Under the pieces are notes generated by a model. The model saw nothing but the letters and a program-made list of their open reading frames with translations. It was not told where the DNA came from and searched no databases. From positions 74,796 through 106,795 of the forward strand of contig NZ_BCZP01000018.1 in NCBI RefSeq assembly GCF_001598795.1: a DNA stretch of 32,000 nt, given 5' to 3'. The DNA is from Delftia acidovorans NBRC 14950. GTDB lineage: Bacteria; Pseudomonadota; Gammaproteobacteria; Burkholderiales; Burkholderiaceae_C. Positions 1 to 7,341 of this stretch are shown here, one piece after another (position 1 is the first letter of the stretch; every line of letters starts with the position of its first letter). The position numbers and the translations under genes were made by a program.

Positions 1-153
1 GGCGTGATGCTGCTGACACCGTCGGTGCGGTCCTCCGCGCTGGCCATTCCGATCTGGGTCCTGGTGGTCTACGGGGCCTATCGCCTCGTGTTCCGCCAAC
101 GTCCCACGCCTGTGCTGGAATCCGTACTGGAACCCGCGCACATCCCCCGTTGA
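1..153 (+). CDS. 3' end of an unidentified gene (hydrophobic C-terminal fragment, 5'-truncated by the window edge)
   Basis: Frame 1 is open from base 1 to TGA at 151-153. It translates to GVMLLTPSVRSSALAIPIWVLVVYGAYRLVFRQRPTPVLESVLEPAHIPR, which contains one TM-like segment. G/C-rich third codon positions match the neighbouring genes. No family recognised. Confidence 0.4.
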   Translation, partial: GVMLLTPSVRSSALAIPIWVLVVYGAYRLVFRQRPTPVLESVLEPAHIPR

Positions 154-174
154 AACCTTCAAGGAGAACCAACC

Positions 175-1269
175 ATGGCAGACCTGTTCGACAACCCGAT
201 GGGCCTGATGGGCTTCGAATTCGTGGAATTCGCGTCGCCCGCGCCCGGCGTGCTGGAGCCGCTGTTCGAGAAGCTGGGCTTCACCCTGGTGGCCAAGCAC
301 CGTTCCAAGAACGTGCTGCTGTACCGCCAGGGAGGCATCAACTTCATCATCAACAATGAGCCGGGGCAGGCCGCCTATTTCGCGGCCGAGCACGGCGCCT
401 CGGCCTGCGGCCTGGCCTTCCGCGTCAAGGACGCGCACCAGGCCTACAAGCGCGCGCTGGAACTGGGCGCGCAGCCGGTGGAGATCCCCACGGGTCCCAT
501 GGAGCTGCGCCTGCCGGCCATCAAGGGCATCGGCGGCGCGCCGCTGTACCTGATCGACCGCTTCGACGAAGGCAAGTCCATCTACGACATCGACTTCGAG
601 TTCCTGCCCGGCGTGGACCGCAACCCCAAGGGCCACGGCTTCCATGTGGTGGACCACCTGACGCACAACGTCTACCGTGGCCGCATGACCTACTGGGCGG
701 ACTTCTACAGCAAGCTGTTCAATTTCCGCGAGATCCGCTACTTCGACATCTCGGGCGAGTACACCGGCCTGGCTTCCAAGGCCATGACCGCGCCCGACGG
801 CCTGATCCGCATTCCGCTGAACGAGGAATCGCGCCAGGGCGGCGGCCAGATCGAGGAGTTCCTCATGCAGTTCAACGGCGAGGGCATCCAGCACATCGCG
901 CTGCTGACGGACAATCTGCTGGACTCCATCGACCAGCTGCAGATGGCCGGCATTCCGCTGTTGACCGCGCCCAACGACATCTACTACCAGAACCTGGAAG
1001 GCCGCCTGCCCGGTCACGGCCAGCCCGTGGGCGAGCTGCAGGCACGCGGCATCCTGCTGGACGGCACGACCGAGGGCGGCCAGCCGCGCCTGCTGCTGCA
1101 GATCTTCTCCCAGCCCATGCTGGGCCCCGTGTTCTTCGAGTTCATCGAGCGCAAGGGCAACTACCGCGAAGGCTTCGGCGAAGGCAATTTCAAGGCCCTG
1201 TTCGAGTCCATGGAGCGCGACCAGATCAACCGCGGCGTGCTGCAGACCGAGGCACCGCAGGGCGCCTGA
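175..1269 (+). CDS. hppD: 4-hydroxyphenylpyruvate dioxygenase
   Basis: 364-aa ORF with AAGGAG at 161-166 upstream of the ATG. The N-terminus [22 protein letters not shown], the HIALLTD segment and the C-terminal FFEFIERKG...[18 protein letters not shown] are hallmark HPPD (vicinal oxygen chelate fold) sequences. Confidence 0.93.
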   Translation: MADLFDNPMGLMGFEFVEFASPAPGVLEPLFEKLGFTLVAKHRSKNVLLYRQGGINFIINNEPGQAAYFAAEHGASACGLAFRVKDAHQAYKRALELGAQPVEIPTGPMELRLPAIKGIGGAPLYLIDRFDEGKSIYDIDFEFLPGVDRNPKGHGFHVVDHLTHNVYRGRMTYWADFYSKLFNFREIRYFDISGEYTGLASKAMTAPDGLIRIPLNEESRQGGGQIEEFLMQFNGEGIQHIALLTDNLLDSIDQLQMAGIPLLTAPNDIYYQNLEGRLPGHGQPVGELQARGILLDGTTEGGQPRLLLQIFSQPMLGPVFFEFIERKGNYREGFGEGNFKALFESMERDQINRGVLQTEAPQGA

Positions 1270-1281
1270 TTCCGGCAGACG

Positions 1282-1319
1282 CAGCGCGCCCGCCCGGCCC
1301 TGGCCAGGTGGGCGCGCTG
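1282..1319 (+). terminator. GC-rich hairpin downstream of hppD (possible terminator, no T-tract)
   Basis: CAGCGCGCCC (1282-1291) is the perfect reverse complement of GGGCGCGCTG (1310-1319), with an 18-nt loop. It starts 13 nt after the hppD stop. No U-run follows. Confidence 0.3.
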
Positions 1320-1373
1320 TCGTCAGGGTAAACACGGGCGGCCCTACACTCGGTGCCCATGAATTCCCCCTCG

Positions 1374-2435
1374 ATGCAACCGGTGGCGCTCGGTCAAAGC
1401 GCATTGCAAGTCAGCCCCATCTGCCTGGGCACCATGACGTTCGGCGAGCAGGTCGGCGAGGCCGAGGCCTTTGCCATCATGGACCGCGCGCTGGAGCGCG
1501 GCGTGGACTTCTTCGACACGGCCGAGATGTATGCCGTGCCCGCACGCGCCGAAACCTGTGGCGCCACCGAAACCATCATCGGCCGCTGGTTCGCCCAGCG
1601 CCCCGGCGCGCGCGCCAAGGTCGTGCTGGCCACCAAGGTGGCCGGTCCTTCGCGGGGCATGCCCTGGGTGCGCGAGGGCAAGGGCATGACGGCGGCCGAC
1701 ATCGCCGCCTCCTGCGAAGGCAGCCTGCGCCGCCTGGGCACGGACGTGATCGACCTCTACCAGATCCATTGGCCCGAGCGCAATGTGCCGGCCTTCGGCC
1801 AGCTGTACTACGACCCGTCCAAGGAAAGCTCGCAGACCGGCATCCACGAGCAGCTCGAGGCGCTGGGCCGCCTGGTCCGGGAAGGCAAGGTGCGCCACAT
1901 CGGCCTGTCCAACGAAACGCCCTGGGGCGTGCACGAATTCGTGCGCCTGGCCGAGCAGCACGGCCTGCCGCGCGTGGCCTCGGTGCAGAACGCCTACTGC
2001 CTGCTCAACCGCAGCTGGGAAAACGGCATGGACGAAAGCTGCCACCGCCTGGGCGTGCCGCTGCTGGCCTATTCGCCGCTGGCTTTCGGCCTGCTCACGG
2101 GCAAGTTCGACGTGCATGCGCCCACCGATCCCGCTGCGCCGCAGGCCGCACGCATTGCGCGCTACGAGTCCGTGCGCAAGCAGCGCTGGGGCCGGCCCGA
2201 AGCCCTGGCCGCCGCGCGCCGCTACAACGCGCTGGCGCGCGAGCACGGCATGACGCCCACGCAGCTGGCGCTGGCGTTTTGCTACACCAAGTGGCAGGTG
2301 GCCAGCACCATCATCGGCGTGACCTCGGTGGCCCAGCTCGATGAGGACCTGAACGCCTGGGGCACGCAACTGTCGCCCGAACTGCTGTCGGCCATCGACG
2401 CCATCCGCTGGGAAGTGCGCGACCCTGCGCAATAG
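1374..2435 (+). CDS. tas: NADP(H)-dependent aldo/keto reductase, Tas-like
   Basis: MQPVALGQSALQVSPICLGTMTFGEQ...DTAEMYAVP lines up residue for residue in length with the E. coli Tas N-terminus. AKR motifs run throughout (LYQIHWP, GLSNETPWG). The start is ambiguous: ATG 1374 is preferred by alignment, and in-frame alternatives are ATG 1359 and GTG 1353. Confidence 0.88.
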   Translation: MQPVALGQSALQVSPICLGTMTFGEQVGEAEAFAIMDRALERGVDFFDTAEMYAVPARAETCGATETIIGRWFAQRPGARAKVVLATKVAGPSRGMPWVREGKGMTAADIAASCEGSLRRLGTDVIDLYQIHWPERNVPAFGQLYYDPSKESSQTGIHEQLEALGRLVREGKVRHIGLSNETPWGVHEFVRLAEQHGLPRVASVQNAYCLLNRSWENGMDESCHRLGVPLLAYSPLAFGLLTGKFDVHAPTDPAAPQAARIARYESVRKQRWGRPEALAAARRYNALAREHGMTPTQLALAFCYTKWQVASTIIGVTSVAQLDEDLNAWGTQLSPELLSAIDAIRWEVRDPAQ

Positions 2436-2462
2436 GCCTAGGCCCTGCGCAATAGGCCTCGC
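2423..2462 (+). repeat. 20-bp tandem duplication spanning the tas stop codon
   Basis: CCCTGCGCAATAGGCCT occurs at 2423-2439 and again at 2443-2459. The first copy contains the TAG stop (2433-2435). Confidence 0.9.
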
Positions 2463-2472
2463 CACTGCATCT

Positions 2473-3141
2473 TCAGCGGCTGCACTCGCCCTTGAGCGCA
2501 GCGGCCGCCAGCATGGGCAGGCTCAGCAGGCCCATGCCGCCGCCCTTGAACTCGCCCTTCATGCAATCGCCCTGGGCGGCCTCACGCATGCCGCTGGCCA
2601 GCGGGTCCTCGCGCTGCGCATGGATCTGGGGCCTGACCAGGCCTTGCCGGGCCGCCGACTGCACGGCCTCGCGGCCTGCGGCCGAGTCCAGCAGGCGGCT
2701 CATGGCCCTGGCGCTGCGCGCGGTGTCCGGGACGGCCTCGGTGTCGGCGGGCACAGGCGCTTGCGGCGCGGCGGCTGTTGCGGCTTCCTCCATGGCCTTT
2801 GCCGCCCCTGCGCTTTGCCTTGAAGGCGGTGCGGCGGTGTCCGGCCGCCGCGCAGGCTTGGGCCTGGGCGCGGAACTGGGCGCGGGCGCCGGTCCGGGCC
2901 GGGCAGCCGCTGGAGCAGGAGAGGGGGCCGGCGTCGGCGTCGGCATCGGCATCGGCATCGGCATCGGCGTCTCGACCCAGACCACCTGAAGGCGGTGCGC
3001 CTCGGCCTGCCCGGTGCCGGGCCGCGCAATGTCCGGGGACAGACCCTGCCACAGCAGCGCCCCGTGCAGCAGCAGCGACAGCAGCAGGCCCGCGATCAGC
3101 CGCAGCCGTCCGCTGCTCAAGCCTCGGGCCCTGCCACCCAT
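2473..3141 (-). CDS. Hypothetical membrane-anchored Pro/Ala-rich protein with a Cys-flanked C-terminal hydrophobic motif
   Basis: The ORF has an N-terminal TM segment (LRLIAGLLLSLLLHGALLW), a (PM)4(PT)2 repeat and a long P/A-rich linker. The C-terminus reads DCMKGEFKGGGMGLLSLPMLAAAALKGEC. Start options are ATG 3141 and GTG 3165, and both overlap the 3' end of the upstream HTH gene. No family recognised. Confidence 0.55.
   Translation of the reverse strand: MGGRARGLSSGRLRLIAGLLLSLLLHGALLWQGLSPDIARPGTGQAEAHRLQVVWVETPMPMPMPMPTPTPAPSPAPAAARPGPAPAPSSAPRPKPARRPDTAAPPSRQSAGAAKAMEEAATAAAPQAPVPADTEAVPDTARSARAMSRLLDSAAGREAVQSAARQGLVRPQIHAQREDPLASGMREAAQGDCMKGEFKGGGMGLLSLPMLAAAALKGECSR
2930..2971 (-). 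repeat. In-frame hexanucleotide repeat (GGCRTC)x7 encoding PMPMPMPMPTPTP
   Basis: Seven consecutive GGCGTC/GGCATC units read directly at 2930-2971. Confidence 0.9.
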
Positions 3142-3332
3142 TCCAGCAGGTCGCCGGGCTGGCACTGCAGTGCCTCGCAGATGCGCTCCAGCGTGTCGAA
3201 GCGCACGCCGCGCACCTTGCCGCTCTTGAGTAGGGAAATATTCTGTTCGGTGATGCCGACCATCTCGGCCAGTTCGCGCGAACGCATCTTGCGGCGCGCC
3301 AGCATCACATCGAGGTGGACGATGATGGGCAT
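3117..3332 (-). CDS. XRE-family helix-turn-helix transcriptional regulator (YozG-like, HTH_26 type)
   Basis: The 71-aa product is MPIIVHLDVMLARRKMRSRELAEMVGITEQNISLLKSGKVRGVRFDTLERICEALQCQPGDLLEW. This is the typical short YozG-type HTH that is usually paired with a DUF2975 membrane protein. The ATG at 3330-3332 lies 2 nt after the stop of the upstream DUF2975 gene. The longer 169-aa track ORF is rejected as an upstream extension. Confidence 0.85.
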   Translation of the reverse strand: MPIIVHLDVMLARRKMRSRELAEMVGITEQNISLLKSGKVRGVRFDTLERICEALQCQPGDLLEWVAGPEA

Positions 3333-3334
3333 GC

Positions 3335-3883
3335 TCAGACGAATCCCGCGTTCTCGTCGGCGATGCGCCGCGCCTGCAGCATCACATGGGCGATGGAGAC
3401 CAGCACCACGCCGAGCAGGACCAGCAGGCCATCGTGCCAGTACAGGCCCAGCGTGACGAAGCGCTGCCCTGGCGGATTGCCCATGCTGGCCGCCACCGAC
3501 ATCAGCGCGCGCGTGAAGGGCAGGGCCAGCGCGCCCGCCAGCACCGTCCAGGCAAAGCGCATCAGGGCGTGCTGCGCCTGCTGGCCGAAGACACGGCCCT
3601 GCAGGTATTCGCCGAACAGTGTCCACAACTGGCGCAGCGCATACAGGCCGCAGCCCACGGGCAGCAGGCTGACCAGTGCGGTGCGCCAGCGCGCAGCCAT
3701 GTCCAGCGGCTGGCCGGGCGGCATGCCCAGCAGGCCTTCCGCCTGGCCCGAAAGATCTTGCGGCGACAGCAGGGCGGCTGCCGGCAGGGCCAGCAGCGCG
3801 ACGGCACCGAGCGCAATCAGGATGCGCGCCGCCTGGGAGTGGCGCCTCAGGGCGTTGCCCGCGGCGTGGGGCGTATAGTTCAT
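3335..3883 (-). CDS. DUF2975-like integral membrane protein (4 predicted TM segments)
   Basis: 182-aa ORF with four hydrophobic segments: ILIALGAVALLALPAAALL, ALVSLLPVGCGLYAL, FAWTVLAGALALPF and GLLVLLGVVLVSIAHVML. It sits directly upstream of the YozG-like HTH gene, which is the canonical DUF2975-HTH pairing. Confidence 0.72.
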   Translation of the reverse strand: MNYTPHAAGNALRRHSQAARILIALGAVALLALPAAALLSPQDLSGQAEGLLGMPPGQPLDMAARWRTALVSLLPVGCGLYALRQLWTLFGEYLQGRVFGQQAQHALMRFAWTVLAGALALPFTRALMSVAASMGNPPGQRFVTLGLYWHDGLLVLLGVVLVSIAHVMLQARRIADENAGFV

Positions 3884-3906
3884 GGCACAGCCTTGTATTG
3901 ATGAAT

Positions 3907-3939
3907 CGATAAAAAATTATTGTAAAACGATAAAAAATT
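3907..3939. promoter_or_regulatory. 12-bp direct repeat CGATAAAAAATT x2 in a 57-bp AT-rich divergent control region
   Basis: The repeat occurs at 3907-3918 and 3928-3939, giving a 21-bp periodicity. It lies between the divergent start codons at 3883 (minus strand) and 3941 (plus strand). This is a candidate operator or promoter element. Confidence 0.35.
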
Positions 3940-3940
3940 C

Positions 3941-4435
3941 ATGTCCAAGAAAAACTCTCATGTCAGCGAGACACCGGCCACGCAGCTGCTGCGCGCCCAC
4001 AAGGTGGAGTTCACCGAGCACCCCTATGAGTACCTGGAACACGGCGGCACCGAGCACAGCGCGGCCAGCCTGGGCCTGGACGAGCACATGGTGGTCAAGA
4101 CCCTGGTGATGCAGGACCAGGACGCCAGGCCGCTGATCGTGCTCATGCACGGCGACTGCAAGGTCTCCACCAAGAACCTGGCGCGGCAGATCGGCGCCAA
4201 GAGCGTGGAGCCCTGCAAGCCCGAAGTCGCCAACCGCCACAGCGGCTACCTGGTCGGCGGCACCTCGCCCTTCGGCACGCGCCGCGACATGCAGGTCTAT
4301 ATCGAAGAGAGCATCCTGGCGCTGCCGCGCATCGCCATCAACGGCGGGCGCCGGGGCTTTCTGGTGCAGCTGGACCCGCAGGTCTGCGTGCAGCTGCTGG
4401 ATGCACGGCCCGTGCACTGCGCGCTGGCAGAATAG
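3941..4435 (+). CDS. ybaK: Cys-tRNA(Pro)/Cys-tRNA(Cys) deacylase YbaK
   Basis: TPATQLLRAHKVEFTEHPYEY, KTLVM and GYLVGGTSPFG are YbaK/ProX editing-domain signatures. The 164-aa length fits. Confidence 0.9.
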   Translation: MSKKNSHVSETPATQLLRAHKVEFTEHPYEYLEHGGTEHSAASLGLDEHMVVKTLVMQDQDARPLIVLMHGDCKVSTKNLARQIGAKSVEPCKPEVANRHSGYLVGGTSPFGTRRDMQVYIEESILALPRIAINGGRRGFLVQLDPQVCVQLLDARPVHCALAE

Positions 4436-4603
4436 ATGCCCTGAAGAAATGAACATGACTTGCGCACACGGGAAGGCGGCCACCGCCTCCAACGGGTTCG
4501 CGCAGGTCCTGATGAAAAACATGTGTCGGCGATCAGGGAGGGCGGGCCATCATGGCCGGCCGGATCGCGCGCCGGCGCTCCACAGACCGGCCAAGGACTT
4601 CAA

Positions 4604-5284
4604 TTGAACGCGCTCTACCCCCTTCTCGCCACCGTGGCGGCCTACCTGATCGGCTCGCTGTCGTTCGCCGTCATCGTCAGCCGGGCCATGGGCCTGAATG
4701 ATCCGCGCACCTATGGCAGCGGCAACCCCGGTGCCACCAATGTGCTGCGTTCCGGCAGCAAGGCGGCCGCAGCCGTGACCCTGTTGCTGGACGCCGCCAA
4801 GGGCTGGCTGCCCGTGGCCCTGGTGCAATGGTTCGGCAGCCGCTTCGGCCTGGGCGACGGCACGGTGGCCATGGTGGCGCTGGCCGCCTTCCTGGGCCAC
4901 CTGTACCCGGTGTTCTTCCGCTTCAAGGGCGGCAAGGGCGTGGCCACAGCCCTGGGCGTGCTGCTGGGCATCAGCGTCTGGCTGGGCCTGGCGGTGGCGC
5001 TGACCTGGCTGATCATTGCCGTGTTCTTCCGCTATTCCTCGCTGGCGGCCCTGGTGGCATCCGTGTTCGCCCCCGTCTACTACCTCCTGTGCAGTGGCGT
5101 GGTCTGGTATGCCGAGACGCCGATTGCCGCCGCCATCGTCGCCATGGCTGCCCTGCTGATCTGGCGCCACCGCGAGAACATCCAGCGCCTGATGGCCGGC
5201 AAGGAATCCAGGCTGGGCAGCAAGAAGGCCGACCCGGCAGCCGCCGCGGCCAAGCCCGGCACGGCCAAAGGCAAGCCGCATTGA
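4604..5284 (+). CDS. plsY: Glycerol-3-phosphate acyltransferase PlsY
   Basis: [13 protein letters not shown]...[17 protein letters not shown]...[21 protein letters not shown] are PlsY signatures. The start is uncertain. I prefer the in-frame TTG at 4604 (NALYPLL...), because the track ORF from 4460 adds a non-conserved basic extension. Confidence 0.87.
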   Translation: MNALYPLLATVAAYLIGSLSFAVIVSRAMGLNDPRTYGSGNPGATNVLRSGSKAAAAVTLLLDAAKGWLPVALVQWFGSRFGLGDGTVAMVALAAFLGHLYPVFFRFKGGKGVATALGVLLGISVWLGLAVALTWLIIAVFFRYSSLAALVASVFAPVYYLLCSGVVWYAETPIAAAIVAMAALLIWRHRENIQRLMAGKESRLGSKKADPAAAAAKPGTAKGKPH

Positions 5285-5382
5285 CCGCCGCCACCGCGCT
5301 GCGCTCCACGGGCGCAGCTTGCGTGAATGGCGTGGCCGGCCAGCCGCGCTCCAGGCCCTCTCACCACTGACGACCTTCCCAC

Positions 5383-6915
5383 ATGGCATCGAGTCCATCG
5401 CAGCGCGTCTACCGCGCACCTTGCCCCGGCTGCGGCGCGCCCGTGGAATTTTCCAGCGCCCAGGCCAGCTACGCCGTCTGCGAGTTCTGCCGCAGCACCG
5501 TGGTGCGCCAGGGCGATGTGCTGCAGCGCCGCGGCTCCATGGCCGAGGTCTTCGAGGACTACAGCCCCCTGCGCATCGGCGCCACGGGCCAGATGCTGCG
5601 CAACGGCAAGCCCGAGCACTTCACCCTGGTCGGGCGGCTGCAACTCAAGAGCGAGGCGGGGGCCTGGAGCGAATGGGTTGCCGCGTTCAGCGATGGTGCG
5701 CTGGGCTTTCTGAGCGAGGACAACGGCCAGTTCGTCTGGTCCTGGCCCTGGGAGGCCGAGGCCCTGCGCAACGGGCCGTTCAAGGCCTCCGACTGGCTGC
5801 TGGGCTCGCAGCGCGTGCTCGGCGGCAAGAGCTTCACGGTCAGCAGCGTGCAGAACGCGCGGCTGGTATCGGCCCAGGGCGAGCTGGCGCAGCTTCCCGA
5901 GCCCGGCACGCCGTACTGGCTGGTGGAGCTGCGCAGCGAGCAGGGCCAGGTCCTGTCCGTGGACTTCTCGGCCCAGCCGCCTGCGCTGAGCCTGGGCGAA
6001 CGCGTGGTGCTGGACGACCTCAGGCTGCAGGGCCTGCGCGACGGCGCCTCGCTCAAGGGCGAGCAGGGCAGGCACTTCAACTGCCCCAAGTGCGGCGCCG
6101 TGGTGCCCGTGCGCTTCACCACCACCAAGAGCCTGAGCTGCCCCAGTTGCGGATCGCTGGTGGACCTGAGCCAGGGCATTGGCAAGGAACTGTCCTATGC
6201 CGAACAGAACGAGCCCGTGCGCCCCGCCATCCCCCTGGGCAGCAAGGGCGCATTGGAAGGCCTGCAATGGCAGGTGGTGGGCTTTCAGCACCGCATGGGC
6301 CAGGAGCCTGGCGACGACGAGAGCTTTGGCTGGGAGGAATACCTGCTGTTCAGCCAGAAGGCCGGCTTCGCCTTCCTGGTCGATTCCTCTGATGGCTGGA
6401 GCATGGCCCGCGTGACCACGGGCGTGCCCAAGCTCTCCAAGAACCGCAGCACGGCCAAGTACATGGGCCGGCAGTACCAGCTTGAATCGCGCTACACGGC
6501 CGAGACCACCTATGCGCTGGGCGAGTTCTACTGGCCCGTGCAGCGCGGCCAGACCACGCGCAATGTGGACTATGTGAGCGCAGGCGCGCAGAACAAGGCC
6601 TTTCTGGCCAGCGAGACCGAGAACGGCGAGACCACCTGGTCGCATGGCAGCGCCGTCTCGGCCACCACGCTGGCCACGGCCTTCGGCCTCAAGCAGCTGC
6701 GGGACCGCTCGCAGGTCGGCGTGATGTCGGGCAGCCGCTTCGGCCTGTGGACCATCGTCATCGGCGTGGTCATCCTGTGGCTGGTGTTCGTCATGCTGCG
6801 CGGCTGCATGTCGCGCCCGAACTGCGACCCGAACACCGATCCCAACTGCAACAGCTACACCCGCAGCAGCGGCGGCTCCTGGGGTGGCTACACCTCGGGC
6901 GGCAGCCACAAGTAA
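5383..6915 (+). CDS. Tandem zinc-ribbon/DUF4178 domain protein with a C-terminal TM anchor
   Basis: There are two CxxC-N15-CxxC zinc ribbons (C14/C17/C33/C36 and C234/C237/C253/C256). Each is followed by a DUF4178-like segment (...WSEWVAAFSDGALGFLSEDNG..., ...FGWEEYLLFSQKAGFAFLVDSSDGW...). A TM helix (LWTIVIGVVILWLVFVML) and a Cys/Asn/Gly-rich tail close the protein. Confidence 0.8.
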   Translation: MASSPSQRVYRAPCPGCGAPVEFSSAQASYAVCEFCRSTVVRQGDVLQRRGSMAEVFEDYSPLRIGATGQMLRNGKPEHFTLVGRLQLKSEAGAWSEWVAAFSDGALGFLSEDNGQFVWSWPWEAEALRNGPFKASDWLLGSQRVLGGKSFTVSSVQNARLVSAQGELAQLPEPGTPYWLVELRSEQGQVLSVDFSAQPPALSLGERVVLDDLRLQGLRDGASLKGEQGRHFNCPKCGAVVPVRFTTTKSLSCPSCGSLVDLSQGIGKELSYAEQNEPVRPAIPLGSKGALEGLQWQVVGFQHRMGQEPGDDESFGWEEYLLFSQKAGFAFLVDSSDGWSMARVTTGVPKLSKNRSTAKYMGRQYQLESRYTAETTYALGEFYWPVQRGQTTRNVDYVSAGAQNKAFLASETENGETTWSHGSAVSATTLATAFGLKQLRDRSQVGVMSGSRFGLWTIVIGVVILWLVFVMLRGCMSRPNCDPNTDPNCNSYTRSSGGSWGGYTSGGSHK

Positions 6916-6933
6916 ACAACGGAGAAACTGATC

Positions 6934-7152
6934 ATGAACTTCGACTGGTTCAACCCCGCCGCCTTCTTCGGCTCGATCCTCTATGCGCTGGTGGGCGTGG
7001 TGGTGTTCTGGCTGTGCTTCATCATCATCGACAAGATCACGCCCGTGGACATGTGGGCCGAGATCGTCGAGAAGCACAACAAGGCGCTGGCCATGGTGGT
7101 GGCCGCCATGTGCCTGGGCATCAGCATCATCGTCGCTGCCGCCATCCACTGA
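6934..7152 (+). CDS. DUF350 (YjfL-like) small membrane protein
   Basis: The 72-aa product has two hydrophobic segments and the DUF350-type IIIDKITP motif. GGAG lies 11 nt upstream of the ATG, and the start is 18 nt after the DUF4178 stop. Confidence 0.8.
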   Translation: MNFDWFNPAAFFGSILYALVGVVVFWLCFIIIDKITPVDMWAEIVEKHNKALAMVVAAMCLGISIIVAAAIH

Positions 7153-7278
7153 ACGGGGCCGCCTGGCCCCCCCGCACTCCCCATCTCCCGCCGACACGCA
7201 GCCCGCCTGAAAAGGTGCGGCTGCGCTGCGCATGGCGGCGTTGTTGCGTGGCAACAAATTCCTTGTTGATAGTGAGTT

Positions 7279-7299
7279 TGCAAATGATATTCGTTTGCA
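7279..7299 (+). promoter_or_regulatory. Fur-box-like operator upstream of the TonB-dependent receptor
   Basis: TGCAAATGATATTCGTTTGCA is a TGCAAA/TTTGCA inverted repeat. The core GCAAATGATATTCGTTTGC matches 13 of 19 positions of the GATAATGATAATCATTATC consensus. It sits in an AT-rich stretch 43 nt before the receptor ATG. Confidence 0.5.
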
Positions 7300-7341
7300 T
7301 TCTAAATAGAATCGCCCCCTTCATTCGAAGAGAGGGTTTCC

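Noticed and set aside
3333-3626. N-terminal 98-aa extension of the HTH ORF (track ORF 3117-3626), overlapping the DUF2975 gene.
   Set aside because: The extension is Arg/Ala/Gly-rich and overlaps a well-supported membrane-protein frame. The conserved YozG-like domain begins exactly at the internal ATG at 3332.
4436-4603. 168-nt ybaK-plsY spacer containing a 52-codon ORF (part of track ORF 4401-4607) and a small AGGCGG/CCGCCT hairpin.
   Set aside because: The ORF has no SD sequence, an Arg/His/Ala-rich composition and no recognisable motif. The hairpin has a 3-nt loop and no T-tract. This is insufficient for a gene or terminator call.
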